This document shows positions 37,197-46,558 of a DNA stretch of 64,000 nucleotides, piece after piece; the first letter of the stretch is position 1; each line of letters begins with the position of its first letter. The stretch comes from a virus. The stretch lies in the IMG/VR virus record IMGVR_UViG_3300050821_005889; one strand, given 5' to 3'. The translations under genes and the position numbers were made by a program. The notes under the pieces were generated by a model. It was given only the letters and a program-made list of their open reading frames with translations, made no database searches and was not told the DNA's origin.

Positions 37197-37636
37197 ACCG
37201 TCTCCCCTACAGCATGCACCGTAAGCATGAATGGTTCTCCGCCAAACAAATCATGTATAGCATCGAAGGCGACAGTACTGCTGAGTATATCGGGCTCTGT
37301 GTCACCGGGCAGTTCTCCATAAGACAATCCGGGAGCAACACAGCCCTCAAGCTGAGATACCTTATTGGCCGGGTGAATCCTGATACCGGAACGGTTAGGA
37401 ACATTCTGTAACTCATACGTGAATACATTATGCCCTGCCAGGATAGTAAGGTGCGGACTAAGATTCCATATACACTGGTAAACTCCTGGTGGAATACAAC
37501 TGACATCCGGGTCGTTATTTAACCACGGGCGCTCCAGGGTAAGGCATTTATATTGCCCTGTCTGGCTATTCCCTGTAAATGAACCACGGGTTTCTGTACC
37601 ATTATCCGTGTTGCGGTATAGGTCTGCTGTATTCAT
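37193..37636 (-). CDS. DUF5675-family protein (L,D-transpeptidase-like H...GC signature); candidate cell-wall-acting lysis protein
   Basis: ORF track. Contains CLTLERPW...CIPPGVY...LQNVPNRSGIRIHPAN...LEGCVAPG, which matches the pattern I recall for DUF5675 (C-TLE, IP-G-Y, VP-F-GI-IH-GN, GCI). Confidence 0.6.
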   Translation of the reverse strand: MNTADLYRNTDNGTETRGSFTGNSQTGQYKCLTLERPWLNNDPDVSCIPPGVYQCIWNLSPHLTILAGHNVFTYELQNVPNRSGIRIHPANKVSQLEGCVAPGLSYGELPGDTEPDILSSTVAFDAIHDLFGGEPFMLTVHAVGETV

Positions 37637-37833
37637 GATTTTTTATTTTCAAGTGCGGCTAAACGTTTTGTTATTTCGTCCCTGACAAACCGTTCCATTT
37701 CATCTTTGCAATCATTAAGCTCCTGCTGTAAGGCAGACCTGTCAGCCTTAGCTGCCTTCTTGCTTTGATTGTACTGGTTCATAATAAGAGTTATCACACT
37801 TATTATTATTGCTATGAGCGCTCCTTTATCCAT
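37633..37833 (-). CDS. Single-TM protein with a C-terminal coiled coil (holin/spanin-like candidate)
   Basis: ORF track frame. Start moved to MDKGALIAIIISVITLIM, giving an 8-nt overlap with the upstream stop. Confidence 0.5.
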   Translation of the reverse strand: MDKGALIAIIISVITLIMNQYNQSKKAAKADRSALQQELNDCKDEMERFVRDEITKRLAALENKKS

Positions 37834-38242
37834 CGTCCCTGTGATAAATATAAATAGCCCAACCATGAAAAAAGGCAAAGCCAACCTTGAATAAATAATC
37901 AATCCCCTGTGCCATCTGGCCGTGAGATACAGCAACAAATGAATTTACCATTACCCACACGGCAACCTGTGTAAGTATTAATTGCTGAGGGAACAATAAC
38001 AGCACGCCAAGTAATGAATGTTTAATATTCATGGCTATAAACGGAAGGAAAGAAGATGTAAAAAGAACCGTACACATAATAGTATATCCCGGTATGATTT
38101 CATGTATAGCCCTTATGCTAAGTGTGTCTTTAGAAGCCGGGTCTACAAGCAATGCTACAGCCCACCATATATGAACCAGTGACGAATAGTATATTATCGC
38201 CTTTTTGTATATGCTAAATGTGAGCATTAGTATCTGTGCCAA
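37826..38242 (-). CDS. Multi-pass membrane protein (138 aa)
   Basis: ORF track. About 4 hydrophobic segments. Confidence 0.55.
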   Translation of the reverse strand: MAQILMLTFSIYKKAIIYYSSLVHIWWAVALLVDPASKDTLSIRAIHEIIPGYTIMCTVLFTSSFLPFIAMNIKHSLLGVLLLFPQQLILTQVAVWVMVNSFVAVSHGQMAQGIDYLFKVGFAFFHGWAIYIYHRDDG

Positions 38243-38415
38243 TGTCCAAGTCCGTCAAATACCCCGAAGTATTGCAATACAATTAGAAGCAGTATTAAAA
38301 GGAGTATTACTATTACCCAATTTTTTCTTGGTTGAGCTATAGGCAGGTAATTTATTATAGCTCCGGCTATAACAATTACAATGGCTAACAATATTAAAAA
38401 TTCAATTATTCCCAT
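38227..38415 (-). CDS. Two-TM small membrane protein (holin-like candidate)
   Basis: ORF track. MGIIEFLILLAIVIVIAGAIINYL...VIVILLLILLLIVLQYF. Confidence 0.5.
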   Translation of the reverse strand: MGIIEFLILLAIVIVIAGAIINYLPIAQPRKNWVIVILLLILLLIVLQYFGVFDGLGHWHRY

Positions 38416-38425
38416 GTGAATTATT

Positions 38426-38737
38426 TTAAGGCGTTACAGTTGTGGTTGCGGGTGGGGCAGTAGCTGCGGCATCAGCATTAGATTGCATTTTTTCCCAATC
38501 CACAGAAAGCATAGAAAGAATAGACCCTATTCCACCTATAGCCACTCCATGAGTTGCCAGGGTATAAACGAAGTGTGGGAGCCCGGTCATGACCAGGACG
38601 CTGCCACTTGCTCCGCCAATTGTTAAAAGGATGGCCAGCATCTTCTTCCAGAATACAGGCATTGGCGCTTTAATTCGTTGCCACAGGGAGCGAATTGTTA
38701 TCTTGTCCCTGTTGGCCAGCAGACTTAGGTTGTTCAT
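38426..38737 (-). CDS. Membrane protein (103 aa)
   Basis: ORF track. Two hydrophobic segments. Confidence 0.55.
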   Translation of the reverse strand: MNNLSLLANRDKITIRSLWQRIKAPMPVFWKKMLAILLTIGGASGSVLVMTGLPHFVYTLATHGVAIGGIGSILSMLSVDWEKMQSNADAAATAPPATTTVTP

Positions 38738-38818
38738 GTCGGATTGGTTTTTTTCTTCTGAATGCGTGAATTAGAAACAAAAGTATTAATACGTCGAAAA
38801 TTAAGAAAACTATTTCTT

Positions 38819-39118
38819 TCATAGAAATTGAGATTTGAACAGTGAATTGTCATCATCTGCACGTATAAATTTATCGCGCTCCATAGCCTCTTTTATCTTT
38901 TCCCGGTAGGCTGACTTATATTCTTCCCCTATACTGCTTTCGCTAAGAACCTCATGTATGGTCATTACAGTAAGGCGTAACAACTTATTCTCCCTCTGCC
39001 TCCTGTTTGCCTTAAGGTTAAGGGTTCTTAATGCCCAGGCACAGGTACCCATAAATATAGTTATAACCAGGTCTTTAACCAGGGCTACATTATCATCAGA
39101 GAGTATGTCAAGCAGCAT
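38819..39118 (-). CDS. N-terminally anchored small protein (99 aa)
   Basis: ORF track. Confidence 0.5.
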   Translation of the reverse strand: MLLDILSDDNVALVKDLVITIFMGTCAWALRTLNLKANRRQRENKLLRLTVMTIHEVLSESSIGEEYKSAYREKIKEAMERDKFIRADDDNSLFKSQFL

Positions 39119-39126
39119 GGCGATAT

Positions 39127-39531
39127 TTATGTTACAGTTAAATTAAGGGTCATATCGTTATTAAGTCCTCCAAGCTCATATACACACCACATGAGTATAT
39201 CTTTTAATTGTGTGTTTGTGTAAGTGGTAGTAAGGACATTAGTTCCATTTAAAGCTACCAGCGCAGCAATGACATCGTTTCGTTTTGTTATAATTGCCGT
39301 CATAGCAGCCGTAGGAGTAAGGTCTGATACGCTGAATGTTTTGCTTGCCAGGTTAGAGGCGGAGGGTGACCAGGTATAGGTATCAGCCTTATTTACACTA
39401 CCAATACTAAACCCATAAGGCAACGTAGAATCCTGCACCGTAATTATTACAGAATTGGAATCCGTAAATACTACGTTTCCAGTTCCTGTTATAACAGGCG
39501 GATTTGTGTTCCAGTTTATTGCTATCTGCAT
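39127..39531 (-). CDS. Hypothetical protein downstream of the tail fibre (134 aa)
   Basis: ORF track. 1-nt gap to the fibre gene. Confidence 0.6.
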   Translation of the reverse strand: MQIAINWNTNPPVITGTGNVVFTDSNSVIITVQDSTLPYGFSIGSVNKADTYTWSPSASNLASKTFSVSDLTPTAAMTAIITKRNDVIAALVALNGTNVLTTTYTNTQLKDILMWCVYELGGLNNDMTLNLTVT

Positions 39532-39532
39532 A

Positions 39533-41404
39533 TTATGATGTCCTCCAAAGTGAAATTAAATTGAATGTAAAGGCATAATTGCTACTGCTTGAATTTTTAC
39601 CTGTTACTTTAATGGATAAGGTATGTTTCCCTGCCGTTACTACCTGTCCTGTGATAGTAAGATAATAGGCTCCTGTTGGGGCGGAAGACAAATATCCATC
39701 TGCTGTTCCTATACTCGTTCCGTCTAATAAAAAGGCTATCTGTCCCCTGTTGGTTCCTTTGAAATATTGAATATTGAAAGTGTAGGTTCCCGCACTGGTT
39801 CCTACAATAAAATTTATCTGGTCATTAATCGTTACCGAGCTATTATAAAAATCTCCGTTAAGTAATTCGTTTACCACCTCGCTTACCCATGTACCCTGTG
39901 TTGTAGATGATGCGTTAGCGGGATATAATGTAAGATGAGCGTCGTGATAACTTATATTATCAACATAGGCATCTGTGGCCACTTTAGTATCATTACTGCC
40001 CACTGATTGAGTGGTAGCTATAGTTCCGTTAACAAGAGCTGTACTTATACTCCATACACCGGCAGCTACCTGTGCAATACCGGTAGATGCAGATGTATTT
40101 ATTCCTGTTCCTCCGTATGTTGATGATATTGCTGTCCCGTTCCACGTCCCGGAAGTTATCGTTCCCACAGTGGCTATATCTGTACCTACTAATTTAGAGG
40201 CGGCTATAGAACCGGCAAGCATGGCATTTGTTACAACTCCGGCTCCTATAGTAGTGGCAATAGAGGTGGTTCCTGAACCAGTAACATTTCCAGATAATGT
40301 TATTGATTGGTTCGCTGTAAGGTATCCGCTATCATTAGTCCACTGCGATATATTTCCGGTCTTATTACTTAATGCCTGGCTGCCTGTAAGGGTTACCACA
40401 CTGGAGCCTATATCAAAAACATTAGAAGAACTTATAGTGATATGGTTTGCCGTACCGGTAAGAGGAACCGCCCCGGTGAGCAAATTAACAGAGCTCACCC
40501 CTGTAGTTAGGGCTCCTATATTCCCATTAAGTTTCTCAATCGCCGACAGGACAGAATCGGTAGCTGAAATTGTTCCGGCTCCAGAAACATAACCTGTTAT
40601 AGCCTGTCCTGTGACTGAGGTATTGGTTAGTGAAACAGTAATAGACGTTGTTCCGGTTCCTGTAGCTCCACCAGATAACGTTATTGATTGATTGGCTGTG
40701 AGGTAACCTGCGTCATTAGTAAACGAAGAAACGTTTGTTGGAAAGGTTGCAAGGCTTAAGTCGCCCCTGAAATACTGGGCAGTAGTTCCTGTGGTGATAG
40801 CTGCCTGCTTTCCATTAAATGTATTCCAGTCCGTATGACTCAGGTACCCATCTGTTGTAGTATTGGCTTTTGTGATTGATAACGTCAGGTCAGCAGACAG
40901 GTTCCCGCCACCGGATAGCGGCGCTGTGGTTCCTATGTTCCTTGAGGTGGGAACATACCCGGTAACAGAGGTAAGATACCCCACATCGTTTGTCCATTGG
41001 GAAATAAGGCCGCTCTTATTGGTGAGGGTGTCAGAAGAGGATGCTGTTATATAGCCTGGGTCGTTTGTAAAGGAAGATAGGCTGGTAGGGAAGGTGGCCA
41101 GCGATAGGTCACCACGGAAATACTGTGCCGTAGTACCAAGTGTTATAAGCGCCTGTTTAGCATTGAGGGCATCCTGTAAATCTGTTTGATTGGACAGTGT
41201 TCCGGTTATGTTACCCCAGGTTGCAGAAGTGGAAGAGGAGGATGTTTTCTGGTATGGAACCAGTGTTCCAAGTTTAGTTCCTATATAAATTATTCCATCT
41301 GTACCAAAATATATAAAGTCCTCAATGATGAGCTGTTTATTCTGCTTCGTTTGCCTTAGCAGTGGAGGCGACTGTAAATATAATTGGGCATTGATGGTTT
41401 GCAT
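39533..41404 (-). CDS. Tail fibre protein with internal repeats
   Basis: ORF track. TTAQYFRGDLSLATFPT-x-SSFTND-x-GY occurs twice. SQWTND-x-GYLT occurs twice. YLTANQSITLSG occurs twice. Ser/Thr/Gly-rich. Confidence 0.75.
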   Translation of the reverse strand: MQTINAQLYLQSPPLLRQTKQNKQLIIEDFIYFGTDGIIYIGTKLGTLVPYQKTSSSSTSATWGNITGTLSNQTDLQDALNAKQALITLGTTAQYFRGDLSLATFPTSLSSFTNDPGYITASSSDTLTNKSGLISQWTNDVGYLTSVTGYVPTSRNIGTTAPLSGGGNLSADLTLSITKANTTTDGYLSHTDWNTFNGKQAAITTGTTAQYFRGDLSLATFPTNVSSFTNDAGYLTANQSITLSGGATGTGTTSITVSLTNTSVTGQAITGYVSGAGTISATDSVLSAIEKLNGNIGALTTGVSSVNLLTGAVPLTGTANHITISSSNVFDIGSSVVTLTGSQALSNKTGNISQWTNDSGYLTANQSITLSGNVTGSGTTSIATTIGAGVVTNAMLAGSIAASKLVGTDIATVGTITSGTWNGTAISSTYGGTGINTSASTGIAQVAAGVWSISTALVNGTIATTQSVGSNDTKVATDAYVDNISYHDAHLTLYPANASSTTQGTWVSEVVNELLNGDFYNSSVTINDQINFIVGTSAGTYTFNIQYFKGTNRGQIAFLLDGTSIGTADGYLSSAPTGAYYLTITGQVVTAGKHTLSIKVTGKNSSSSNYAFTFNLISLWRTS

Positions 41405-41422
41405 TTGATACCATAAATTAAC

Positions 41423-41962
41423 TTACATTAACCTTCTCCATTTAATTGAATTTGCATCCCATGCCCACATAACTACAAGACCGGCAGTTGCGGATGTTAA
41501 TGGGCTTTCTATTGTACCTGCACCAGATGACATTGTTAGTAATGTTACTGCCGGGACAAAACGTATCATAACAATTCCCTGCAAACTGGAATCTACTGTG
41601 CCAAAACTAATAGAACCGCTTGTAATAGTTCCGGTTCCATCCAGTATCATAATTACATCATATCCATTATTAGGGAAATTAATACCAACAGAAAAACTAT
41701 TTGTAATAGTGGTGCCAACGATATATCTCGAAGATATTGTTGGTTTATTTTTAATATAATCAACAGCCGCAGAATTACTCTCATTCCAATCTGACTGCAC
41801 TTGTACTAATCCGGCACTATCGTCTATTTTATTATAAGTAGAATCAATTATATTTTGAAGAGTAATCCTACCTACATCACCAGACAGTGAATTGCGACGA
41901 CTATTATTAAATGTATTATTATTTACTATAGAAGTCAGTTCGGCTCTTGAAAATTGTGGCAT
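41423..41962 (-). CDS. Hypothetical fibre-module protein (179 aa)
   Basis: ORF track. Adjacent to the fibre gene. Confidence 0.55.
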   Translation of the reverse strand: MPQFSRAELTSIVNNNTFNNSRRNSLSGDVGRITLQNIIDSTYNKIDDSAGLVQVQSDWNESNSAAVDYIKNKPTISSRYIVGTTITNSFSVGINFPNNGYDVIMILDGTGTITSGSISFGTVDSSLQGIVMIRFVPAVTLLTMSSGAGTIESPLTSATAGLVVMWAWDANSIKWRRLM

Positions 41963-41988
41963 GTCTTATGTTTTTTAATGTTGGTATT

Positions 41989-42414
41989 CTAAAGCCATGA
42001 AGTTGTTGCACTGTCATAAACCAGTTTCACATAACCATCCTTAGCAATGGTAGTAGGGGCAGAAACAACCGTCCCGCCGGTAAATGTAACAGCCGTCAAT
42101 ACCTGGGTAGATTTAATTTCTATGGTATCATTGTTTTTTGGAGATGCAGGAAGGGCAAAAGTTAATGCCGCAAGTGTCCCTGCCGGGTTAATCAGGTTGT
42201 AGTTATTGACTTGAAGGGTTACCGTTCCGGTTGTAACGGGTATAAATATTACGTGAGGTAGTTGCCCGTTATCATCTACAATGTTTTCCATAGAAGCTAT
42301 ACATATTTCCATGAAGGCTCCTATGTCACTGGTGTCAGAACCTCTCTGGGAGGCTATGTATTTTATGTTATAAAGGGCTGTTAGTAACCCTGTTCTGCCC
42401 GTTGGATTTGCCAT
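41989..42414 (-). CDS. Hypothetical fibre-module protein (141 aa)
   Basis: ORF track. Confidence 0.55.
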   Translation of the reverse strand: MANPTGRTGLLTALYNIKYIASQRGSDTSDIGAFMEICIASMENIVDDNGQLPHVIFIPVTTGTVTLQVNNYNLINPAGTLAALTFALPASPKNNDTIEIKSTQVLTAVTFTGGTVVSAPTTIAKDGYVKLVYDSATTSWL

Positions 42415-42469
42415 TGTCTGTATTTTTTGTAAAAGTCATCAGAAAATACAGCATATAGAAACGCTTTTA

Positions 42470-42796
42470 TTAATCAATATTCAAATCATCGGGCTTGTTA
42501 AGAGACGCCTCTCTTTTGATTTTAACTTTATTCTCCACTTCGTTTCTTACCACCCCGTTTATATAGTCATGATACTTCTGCATCTCGGTACGCAGTTTAA
42601 GGTACCTGCGCCGGAACTCCATAACCTCTTCGTTAATATTTTTAACTTCCAGGTTGGCAAGTGGGATAGCAAGCTCCATCATCATTGCGCATAACTCCTT
42701 ATAAGTAAGAAGGTTCTGTGGAAATGTACTATCCCGGTCAAGCAAGCTCCTTATTTTTAACGTAGCCTTGCTGTGCCGAACCTTTTTGACGCCCAT
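42470..42796 (-). CDS. Hypothetical coiled-coil protein; start uncertain
   Basis: ORF track frame 42470..42880. An internal ATG is chosen to reduce the overlap with 42757..43119. Confidence 0.4.
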   Translation of the reverse strand: MGVKKVRHSKATLKIRSLLDRDSTFPQNLLTYKELCAMMMELAIPLANLEVKNINEEVMEFRRRYLKLRTEMQKYHDYINGVVRNEVENKVKIKREASLNKPDDLNID

Positions 42797-43119
42797 TTCT
42801 TGTACGCCTTCTTCGTTTTGAGCTTCTGCTCCTTGCTCCCGAAGTTCCATTCCTTGTGTGCCAGGTATTTCTTCGCCCATAATTTTCTATCTGTTTTTAC
42901 TTGTTGCGGAATTTCATTTTTTATAAATACTACCTTTGAGTCCGGCTCCGGCGTGACCATTAATTCGACACCAAGATAAGCAAGCATTTTCACTATTTCA
43001 TCAATGGTCAAATTGAGTTTTCTTTCATTACGCAATTTAAAATTACAGGTTCCGTAGTTGTACCATATAAACCACTTGGTCATATCATCATCTGGTACGC
43101 CCATCATTCCAAGCAGCAT
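42757..43119 (-). CDS. Hypothetical protein, possible HTH (LTIDEIVKMLAYLGVELMV); start uncertain
   Basis: ORF track frame 42757..43305. Start moved to M63 (43119), just after the upstream stop at 43133. Confidence 0.45.
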   Translation of the reverse strand: MLLGMMGVPDDDMTKWFIWYNYGTCNFKLRNERKLNLTIDEIVKMLAYLGVELMVTPEPDSKVVFIKNEIPQQVKTDRKLWAKKYLAHKEWNFGSKEQKLKTKKAYKKWASKRFGTARLR

Positions 43120-43132
43120 AGGATAGACAATC

Positions 43133-43591
43133 TTAGCTTCTTTTAACCTTTGCTGCACCAACATCCTCAACCCCTTGCTTTGAATCAGGATTGTCTTTAA
43201 AAGATTCAAATGGTGCAAAGATTGTTTCTTCATGACATCTTGAAATGACCTGTAAATATAGGGAAGTAAACATAGAATCGTTATAAGACATTTTATCCCT
43301 GGCATAATTGGAGTAATAAACTACCATAGTACTCTTTTTGCACTTAAGCTCGTCCCTTATGATATTGAGGGACAGGCTGGGATAAAGAAGGACACGCATT
43401 ATGTGGCAGTAAATAGCCCTGGCAATGGTCAGATGAGCACTTCCCCGGACGTTACTGCCATCCAGCTCAATGCTGGCTCCGTCTGTGACCACTTCCTCAC
43501 ACAGTTGTCGCAGGCAACTCTTTACTTTGTTGATGTATTGCAGGGAGTAGATGTTCTCCTGCACTTTCAGTTTGGCTGGCATGATAGCCAA
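43133..43591 (-). CDS. DnaA C-terminal-domain-like HTH protein
   Basis: ORF track. LTIARAIYCHIMRVLLYPSLSLNIIRDELKCKKSTMVVYYSNYARD resembles the DnaA domain IV pattern (ARQIAMYL...SL..IG...HSTV). Confidence 0.5.
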   Translation of the reverse strand: MAIMPAKLKVQENIYSLQYINKVKSCLRQLCEEVVTDGASIELDGSNVRGSAHLTIARAIYCHIMRVLLYPSLSLNIIRDELKCKKSTMVVYYSNYARDKMSYNDSMFTSLYLQVISRCHEETIFAPFESFKDNPDSKQGVEDVGAAKVKRS

Positions 43592-43597
43592 ATATAC

Positions 43598-43936
43598 CTA
43601 TTTCTTTATCCTCCAGGTATGGTTTGGTTTGGTAAATGCTCCTTTGCGCATTGTGGACATCTTTTCCAGGAATGGCTCCTTACAGTTAGTAAGGCTGTGC
43701 ATTGCCCGGCGTATATCTGTAAGCAGGAATTTATAGCCGCTTTCGTTCAGTATCTTAAACACGTCAGCCGGGGTAAATCCGTTACGGGGGTCAAACTTAG
43801 TAAAGATGAGCCTGACGGCCTCTTCCTGCTTTAAGTTCTGAGTAAAGGCTATTTCCAATTGTTCCCCCTTGAGGTGGATGGTGTTATAGAATTGTCCTTT
43901 AGGAATATCTGTTTGATTTTGTATTTTAGGCATCAT
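43598..43936 (-). CDS. Hypothetical protein (112 aa), wHTH-like
   Basis: ORF track frame. Start at MMPKIQ. Confidence 0.45.
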   Translation of the reverse strand: MMPKIQNQTDIPKGQFYNTIHLKGEQLEIAFTQNLKQEEAVRLIFTKFDPRNGFTPADVFKILNESGYKFLLTDIRRAMHSLTNCKEPFLEKMSTMRKGAFTKPNHTWRIKK

Positions 43937-44117
43937 TTTTATTTTCAGTAGGTGAACCAAGCAATGCAACTTCTTCAAGGTCAAACTTAAAATTCCATTT
44001 ACTTTGTGTGATAAGATATTCCGCTTTATTCTTCGGTCTTAATAACTTATATATATCTCCAACAAGTACCTTATTTCTGTCTTTAAGTTTCTGATATGAT
44101 GATTTACTATTAGGCAT
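43926..44117 (-). CDS. Hypothetical protein (63 aa from MPNSKSSYQ)
   Basis: ORF track frame. Start moved to give an 8-nt overlap. Confidence 0.45.
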   Translation of the reverse strand: MPNSKSSYQKLKDRNKVLVGDIYKLLRPKNKAEYLITQSKWNFKFDLEEVALLGSPTENKNDA

Positions 44118-44598
44118 ATTGTAGCTCCAGTTCCGGGTGGTGTTTAAATGCGTCCTTGTAGGATGGGTCATTAATACCATCCAGTTCCATGAGAACATCC
44201 ATGACAGCCATCAACCCGTTATATTGGTCGGCTATGATTTCGGATTCAGAATAATTTTTATAAGAGATACTTCTTTCTATTTTAGTGGCAGATTCAAATG
44301 CGTACTCTATTTTAGCTATATCAGATGGATTATACCCGGTTAGCGCCTCAACCTTTTCACCAATACCCTTCTCATAAAATACACTACTACCGTTCACTAT
44401 AAACAAAATTATTCCGTACCAGTAAATTCCCCTATCGACCACTTTATCACATCCATCTTCATGTATAATTACAGGTAATCCTTCTGCATGTCGAACAATA
44501 TTTCCAACTGCACAAGCGCTACAACTCCCCTTCTCTAATGTCCCATTATAAAACCCTTTAACCAGGGCGTCATAAGCATTCTGAAATCTTTTTGTCAT
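44110..44598 (-). CDS. Hypothetical protein (162 aa)
   Basis: ORF track. Confidence 0.6.
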   Translation of the reverse strand: MTKRFQNAYDALVKGFYNGTLEKGSCSACAVGNIVRHAEGLPVIIHEDGCDKVVDRGIYWYGIILFIVNGSSVFYEKGIGEKVEALTGYNPSDIAKIEYAFESATKIERSISYKNYSESEIIADQYNGLMAVMDVLMELDGINDPSYKDAFKHHPELELQYA

Positions 44599-44602
44599 CG
44601 TT

Positions 44603-45040
44603 TTAGTTTTTAGTTTGTTTATTAATTAGTTTAAATTGAAAGCATAACATAGCACTATCCCTGGCATGTTCATTTGTTTTGCCGGTATAGCCTGTGACCT
44701 TACTGAAATAGTCAGCCTTCATCTTGGTTCTATTATTCTTAGGGGCTACCATTTCATGAGGAATCTTAAGGTCTGTAAGGAAGTCTTCCCATATTTTAGA
44801 ATCCCGTTTCACTGACCCAGCCCCTTGCAGCACCTCCCGTCCCCGGTCTTTGGGAATCCACTTGCGTTTACGGGCATCTTCTACCCGGACATATAAGTCA
44901 CTATCTTTTCTGAACATAAACTCCACCAAACTCAAAGCCTGGTGTACCATACCAGATTCACACATAGTCAACCGCTTCTGTTCTGTGTCCCAAATGGAAA
45001 TACCTGTGTTTACACCTACATCTATACCTATCACCTTCAT
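44603..45040 (-). CDS. RuvC-like Holliday junction resolvase (RNase H fold)
   Basis: ORF track. N-terminal MKVIGIDVGVNTGISIW followed by VRVEDARK acidic residues, typical of phage RuvC-type resolvases. Confidence 0.6.
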   Translation of the reverse strand: MKVIGIDVGVNTGISIWDTEQKRLTMCESGMVHQALSLVEFMFRKDSDLYVRVEDARKRKWIPKDRGREVLQGAGSVKRDSKIWEDFLTDLKIPHEMVAPKNNRTKMKADYFSKVTGYTGKTNEHARDSAMLCFQFKLINKQTKN

Positions 45041-45204
45041 TTTCCCTTAGCCTGTTTATGTAATATCATAGTGAACATCAAGTCACCGGCTATTGAACTG
45101 CATGACCTGCGGGTCTTTTTGTGTTCCTTCTCAATATAAGATACCACATCGGCATCTATTGTCCAGCAGACCGCTACTTTATTCTTTCGTTTTATTGTTG
45201 GCAT
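45037..45204 (-). CDS. Hypothetical 55-aa protein (MPTIKRKNKVAVCWTIDADVVSYIEKEHKK...), possible ribbon-helix-helix
   Basis: Own translation. ATGA overlap with the resolvase start. Confidence 0.4.
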   Translation of the reverse strand: MPTIKRKNKVAVCWTIDADVVSYIEKEHKKTRRSCSSIAGDLMFTMILHKQAKGK

Positions 45205-45243
45205 TGTTTGCAAATGTAGTATATTATATTCATAGTATGAAAA

Positions 45244-45723
45244 CTATTTTCTACCATGCTCCTTTCTATGACAATCTATACAGAGTATAAGTAAATCGCC
45301 TGGCTCCTCTTTAAAAATTCTATCGTACGTTAAATGATGTATATGTAAATACCTTCTATCGCAAGATTTGCCGCAGCGCTGACAAACTTCACCCCTTTCA
45401 GCTAATAGCCTTAGCCTTATATTTCGCCATTCTTTACTCTTAAGGTAATCGTGATATTCTTTCTTATATGCCGCTATTTCCTTTTTAGTCCTTCCCTTGA
45501 AGCCCCTTACTGAATCAGGGTTAATATTTTTCTCGTTTCTATAAAAATCAATAAACCACCGCTTAGGACTTCCGTGAATCTGATACCCGTACATTTCTGC
45601 AAAGGCTATTATCAAAACATTCTGTTTCGACATTGGATATACTACATAGCCACCCTTGCGTAAATGACTAATAAGATACCTTCTCGCCTCGTTTAAAAAC
45701 CGTAAATTAGCTCTTTTTCCCAT
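45244..45723 (-). CDS. HNH endonuclease
   Basis: ORF track. CQRCG...LHIHHLTY...LLILCIDCHRKEH, a CxxC...HH...CxxCH HNH core. Confidence 0.7.
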   Translation of the reverse strand: MGKRANLRFLNEARRYLISHLRKGGYVVYPMSKQNVLIIAFAEMYGYQIHGSPKRWFIDFYRNEKNINPDSVRGFKGRTKKEIAAYKKEYHDYLKSKEWRNIRLRLLAERGEVCQRCGKSCDRRYLHIHHLTYDRIFKEEPGDLLILCIDCHRKEHGRK

Positions 45724-45738
45724 GCCTTATTTTTGAAT

Positions 45739-46557
45739 CTATATTAAGCCGGTAATGTGGTCTGGCCTTGCCTGCCATATACATCCCTCTCTAAAATATT
45801 CGTAAGACCTGTGTATATACCAGGATAGCCTTTCCAGGTACACCTTATAAGAAACTCCTGCGAGAATCAGTTCCGGCTTAGATTTTTTAAACCTGATGAC
45901 CTTCTTTTTATGAAGTTCCTTTTTAAGTCTACGTCCTGTTGATTTACTTCGCCCACAAAGGATTCCTGATAATTTATCTGATATAAAAACAATGGGTTTA
46001 TGTCCATATTTATTTTTACCTTTTACCGGCATTGACTGTTGACATCTTTTCCTATTGTAATTAGATTTGATAAGCAATCCTCTTATGTGTACTACTACGT
46101 CATGTTTGGAGCCATTTTTAAATGAAATTATTTTGTATGTGTGGGTGTATCCTGTCAGTTCTTTAGTGGCTCTGTTGATAGATACTAAATGCCATCCATG
46201 CTTATTTTTCCAGGCAAGTCCAAGCTCCCTTAAGGCTTTAAGCCAGTTTGCAAGTGTGTTACGGTTAATGCCCTGATGTGTTAAGTTATGGATGTGTCCT
46301 GATTTCCATTTTCGTTTGAGCTTAAGCCAGATGGCAAGCATTGGGATATGGTTATTATCTGCCGCCCATTTAACTAAAGGGAATGAGACCTTTATAGTGT
46401 CTCGGTTGAAATGCGAAAGCCCCCTGGGTTGAACAGGAGGCTTTGCAGTATGCTTAGGCGTGCGGGTGCTTAGTCCGCTTATTACCGTTGGAGAATCTTT
46501 CGATTCAAACGCCTTTAGCGGGTCTTCAACTGTACAAATATAGGCACTATTATTCAA
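45739..46557 (-). CDS. Hypothetical protein (272 aa), possible DNA-binding; TTG start, so the start is uncertain
   Basis: ORF track. Contains NTLANWLKALRELGLAWKNKHGWHLVSI. Confidence 0.55.
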   Translation of the reverse strand: MNNSAYICTVEDPLKAFESKDSPTVISGLSTRTPKHTAKPPVQPRGLSHFNRDTIKVSFPLVKWAADNNHIPMLAIWLKLKRKWKSGHIHNLTHQGINRNTLANWLKALRELGLAWKNKHGWHLVSINRATKELTGYTHTYKIISFKNGSKHDVVVHIRGLLIKSNYNRKRCQQSMPVKGKNKYGHKPIVFISDKLSGILCGRSKSTGRRLKKELHKKKVIRFKKSKPELILAGVSYKVYLERLSWYIHRSYEYFREGCIWQARPDHITGLI

Positions 46558-46558
46558 C

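Noticed and set aside
40700-41150. RGD tripeptides in the tail-fibre repeats (YFRGDLSL)
   Set aside because: They are part of a common fibre repeat motif. There is no reason to infer integrin-type binding in a bacterial virus.
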